Assembly (NCBI RefSeq): GCF_009914755.1
Contig: NC_060944.1
From: the human T2T-CHM13v2.0 reference genome, Homo sapiens
Direction: 5' to 3' (one strand)
DNA length: 64,000 bases
Shown here: positions 45,032-64,000 of the stretch, piece after piece
How positions within the stretch are numbered: the first letter of the stretch is position 1
Layout: every line of letters starts with the position of its first letter
Made by a program: the position numbers and the translations under genes
The notes under the pieces: generated by a model
What the model saw: only the letters and a program-made list of their open reading frames with translations
Databases searched by the model: none
What the model was told of the DNA's origin: nothing

Positions 45032-45164
45032 ACCATGGCTGGAGATTTTTGAAGACTGGGTTAAACTCAACCTGAAAAAATTGTTGCAGGTCTCTAGAGA
45101 AGTTTTTGTATTTAAAAAAAAATTGAATCAGTATTGGGAAATACATATTTATGTTGTGAGTGAA

Positions 45165-46980
<1,816 letters not shown>

Positions 46981-47064
46981 GGTTGTGGCCTAGTACACAC
47001 ATAAAAATTTATATAGTGTATAAGCAAATATATATGCTAATAGGAATATAGAAATAGTTTTATG

Positions 47065-47473
<409 letters not shown>

Positions 47474-47739
47474 TCAATTTTTTAAAATGCTGGTCATGAC
47501 CCACTGAAATGATTTTATAACCCACTAAAGGGTAAGAACCTGTAGTTTGGAAAACACTGCATTAAGAGAGTTTGAGGCATTAGAAAACAATGCTCCTACA
47601 CTTCCCACCAGAGGATAATAGAAGACCACAAGTTTCAGGGTTCTGCCCTGCCTGAGACTTCAGTGGGACCACCTAATTGTTGGTTTTCACCTTTCATTTG
47701 TCTATTCTACAAATACTTATTAGAAGTATATGGTATCTG

Positions 47740-50383
<2,644 letters not shown>

Positions 50384-50642
50384 AGAAGTACATGGTCTCT
50401 GACCTCAAGGAACTTAAAATCTAGTGAAAGTGATAATCATTAAGTTATTCAATCAACTAACATTTATTAGCTACTTACTCTGCACCAAGCATTGGGCTAG
50501 ATGTTGGGACTTCTAATGTCTTAGATAGGTGAGTTTCTTTAATAACCGCAGATTTTTCACCCTTTAGGAACATAGTTTCCCAGGTTTGAGGCAGAATATT
50601 CAACATGAGGCTGGATCATCTTGTCAACCAAAAGCAAGGAAA

Positions 50643-51048
50643 TGTTAAAGCAAATAAGGAGATCATTAGGCTGAGGTTGTCTCTGTGCCTAGAGCTCTTA
50701 TGTAAACAAACCAAAACTGGGAGGCATTTCTTGTAACTGACATAAAACCAAAATAAAACAAAACAGTCTCAGTCAATCACAAACAGCCAACCAGCTGATT
50801 GGTTGTGTAACTAGGGTCTTCCCATCACACCATACCCAAATAAGACAAATGCCTAGTTGTAGCCAATTAGGTGATTTCTGCTTTTTTTTTGCTTCTGTGG
50901 TCAGCCTGTAAAAGCTTGCTGCTCACACAGCTAGTAGAGTGAAGCTCTCTGAACCTCTTCCAGTTTTGAGTGCTGCCCATTTCATGAAGCATTCTTTGCT
51001 CAAAGAAAGCCTGTTAAATTTATTTTGTCTAAAGTTTTTATTTTAACA
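50643..51048 (+). mobile_element. ERV1 solo LTR (MER57/LTR54-like)
   Basis: tgttaaag start, CCAAT-type boxes, end ctgttaaatttattttgtctaaagtttttattttaaca. Confidence 0.65.
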
Positions 51049-51370
51049 GTTGCCGTAAGCTCTCTAAGACTGCTAAGGTCAGGAGAACACAGGAATCAAT
51101 AGAAAACCCTCCCACAGGCCAAAGATGGGCAACTTGAACATAAATAATAACGGCAATGAATGGAAACACACAAATAGGTTTAAATCCATGGGTTCACAAT
51201 GGTACTTTAAAAACTAATGCCCACTTTCAGAGGAACCAACTCATTATTTTGAAAACTAGTAAACAAAAGTAAAGAATCAAGTAATTTTTTTCTGTCTTTC
51301 CTATGTGAACTGAACCACTGAGCAGCCAAACAGTAGGTGAGCTTCTTTTTATAGAAATATCTCAATAAAT

Positions 51371-53905
<2,535 letters not shown>

Positions 53906-54150
53906 AGGCTTGTGTCACTTGGTTAAATGGCAAAATGTAGGAGGTCTTTATGGGTTAGGAGTATCCATCAAAGATTCCATTTAAAATATACTTTATAATT
54001 TACTTATTTGTGTGTTTATTTTCTGTCTCCCCTGGAATGTCAGCTCCAGAGGGTAGGTAACTTTATCTGTCTTGCTCATTCATGCATCCCAAGTGTCTAG
54101 AACTGTGTTCTAGAAGTTTGTGGTTGAATAAATTAAACAATCATTATTAA

Positions 54151-54466
<316 letters not shown>

Positions 54467-54554
54467 AGGAAATCATTTTTAAATTTAAATTGCTTCTTTA
54501 CAACTAGAAGAGAAACAATGGAAAATAATAAAAAATTATGAAATTATTATTTTG

Positions 54555-54925
<371 letters not shown>

Positions 54926-55711
54926 TTATACATCTGTGTGAAAGGGATTTTCTGCTCTATCAAGTCTGAAAGATGCTGTGATAAAATGACAATGGTTTAA
55001 GTAGAGGGTGCTTGGGGTCAGGGAAGAGTTCTTGGAAGGGATGATTTCTGTCTAAGTCGAGATCTGAAGGATTGGCCAGAGGAACAGTGGGAAGCAGTCA
55101 TTCCAGGAAAAGCAACCAGCAGGTGCCCTTGTGTTGGCTGATGTGCATGAAATAATTCACTCTGGGTTGGGAGTCAGGGGCAGCAGCCCAGTAATTCTCC
55201 CAGTGGGAGGCCCTCTTTGTCCACAGCTACTGGCCAGTGAACAGGAGGATTCATCTCCAGCACCAGCTCCTTCCTTCTGAGTTCTCCTCTGCAATGCCTC
55301 CCCCATTACTAACCTCTAGCCACCTCTCCTTCTGCCAGGAAGGGACGACTAGCCACTCCCTGGGGTGAGGCAGCTGAGCACAGCTGGTGTCTGCCAGAGG
55401 CCAGGCTGCCTGACTGCCCAACTGGGAAGGGCTTGTCTCCACTGACTGTTCCCTGAAACACACACAAGCCCAGGCTACCCATCACCTGGGCCCATCTGGG
55501 GCACAGGGTCAGCAGGGCTGGCGGCTTTACTCAGTTGCAGGCTGAGTGGCAGGGGGGGTTCCTGGGACCCTACACATCCCTGGCAGTCTTGAAGACCCTC
55601 CAGCTTCCTCCTCTGGTCACTGTCTCCTGCAGACTCCAGTACCTCCTATCTTAGACAGGTCATGGCCAGGGAGGAGAGGGAAGCTTTTGTTACCTGAAAG
55701 ACCAATGGTAG

Positions 55712-57250
<1,539 letters not shown>

Positions 57251-57399
57251 AAAGATATCTTCAGCTGCTCCTAGTAGCTTGAGAGATAGGTCACGCAGTG
57301 TCACCATCCCCATTTAACAGATGGGAAGGCTGGCTCAGTTTTGAGGCCACAGAAGAGCAAGGAGGCCCTAAGGGTCTCACAAGTCCCTTCCCGCCCTTA

Positions 57400-57830
57400 C
57401 CCTGTTGAATTCTTAGGGTCTGGCGCCAGGACACGGCCGCGGGGCCCTAACTCCCGGCCCGCTCAGGAATGTGGGGCGCCCGCGGGCCGGTGGCAAGGCG
57501 CGGGGGCGCGGGGGCGGGATGGGGGGAGGGGCGCTGACGCCGAGCCTTTTCCGCTCCAGCTGCGCGGGCCGGCGACACAGCAAATTCCGAGGGCACACCT
57601 GGCTGTGCAGCTGTCCCGGGACGAGGATTTCCCAGTCCTCCGGTCGCCAGCCCCCCGGGGCACGGCCTTGACCCCGGGACTGCGGGGCCCCGCGCGGCAC
57701 AGGAGCTGGGGGCGCCCCCTGGGGTTAAGCGCGCTAGGCCAGCCCTCGCCCTCCCCGCTGCCAACCCCAACCCCCTGGCACCGGGTGTGGAGGCAGCTCT
57801 GCCTCTGAAGGTGGTCCCGGTCCGCGTGGC
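57400..57830. promoter_or_regulatory. Orphan CpG island / GC-rich regulatory element
   Basis: Dense CpG, GC boxes (ggggcggg), non-repeat sequence, no recognisable coding exon. Confidence 0.75.
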
Positions 57831-58254
57831 CTTGCCAGCTCCACCTTCCAGGAACCTCCTCCCCACCTTTTCAAAGGGCGCTAGTCCTTTCCAGCACCCA
57901 GGAGGGTGAGGGACTCCCTAACTCAGCCCTTGATAACCCCTTACTTAATGGGAGGGCAAGGATGAGGAGGGGCAGCTCAGGGGCCCTCTTTGGTTCTGCG
58001 TTCTAGGGGTCCATGGGAAATCAGTCCTAGGAAGATGGACTGGGATGAGGGGCCCCCCCTTCCCTGAAGGGCTAGGCTCTCCCTACCTCCTTCCCACCCC
58101 CATCCCCCAAGCCCCTTAGGGCTCCAGGACCCAGCACAGGGCAAGGCCTCCAGCCCTGCAAAAACTGGCCTCTGTTTACCTCTGAGCCCATCTCTCCATC
58201 CACCTCTTACACTCTTGACCCTCTAGGTCCTCCCTAACCTGACCTTCTTCAGTT

Positions 58255-63865
<5,611 letters not shown>

Positions 63866-64000
63866 TTGGGTCACCCCTGATTATTTCCTGACCCCACCCC
63901 TAATATTTTACCCATTGAAAACCTGCCAAAATGCAACTGGGACCAGCTTTCTTCAATGGGGGCAGCAGAGAGGGTCTGACTGGGATGTGGCTGTGTGTTT

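Noticed and set aside
57341-57866. ORFs of 66-155 aa in the orphan CpG island
   Set aside because: Open on both strands, non-ATG starts, GC artefact

Overview
Repeat-dense human genomic DNA (human-specific AluYa5, LTR12C, roughly 60-70 Alu copies or fragments). The gene content matches the GDAP1L1-FITM2-(R3HDML/HNF4A) interval of chr20q13; this locus assignment is recalled, not searched. Genes: (1) the last intron and terminal coding exon of GDAP1L1 on + (CDS 9635-9978, 3'UTR to about 11050 or 11630). (2) The complete two-exon FITM2 gene on - (CDS 41884-41712 plus 37976-37361 = 789 nt, 262 aa), with a CpG-island/NRF1 promoter and an Alu-rich 3'UTR of about 3.8 kb ending near 33580. Between the two 3' ends lie a decayed ERV-L-class provirus (gag-pro-RT-RNaseH-IN-dUTPase, about 12.4-20 kb, with nested L1/LTR/Alu insertions), LTR16-, LTR8- and MaLR-type LTRs, and an intact solo LTR12C facing FITM2. 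Upstream of FITM2 are Alu clusters, MER63, an L1M with TSDs and an orphan CpG island (57.3-57.9 kb). Almost all other ORF-track entries are Alu, low-complexity or GC-rich artefacts. I found no new protein-coding system. The best leads are a textbook 98-nt intron in the GDAP1L1 3'UTR (candidate NMD switch), a 135-bp gene-conversion tract between two close inverted AluY copies, an Alu-insertion-coupled ~163-bp duplication in the FITM2 intron, paired DR1 (PPRE-like) sites in that intron, and the LTR12C as a latent antisense promoter. Repeat subfamily names come from recalled consensus sequences, and repeat boundaries are approximate unless TSDs are given.
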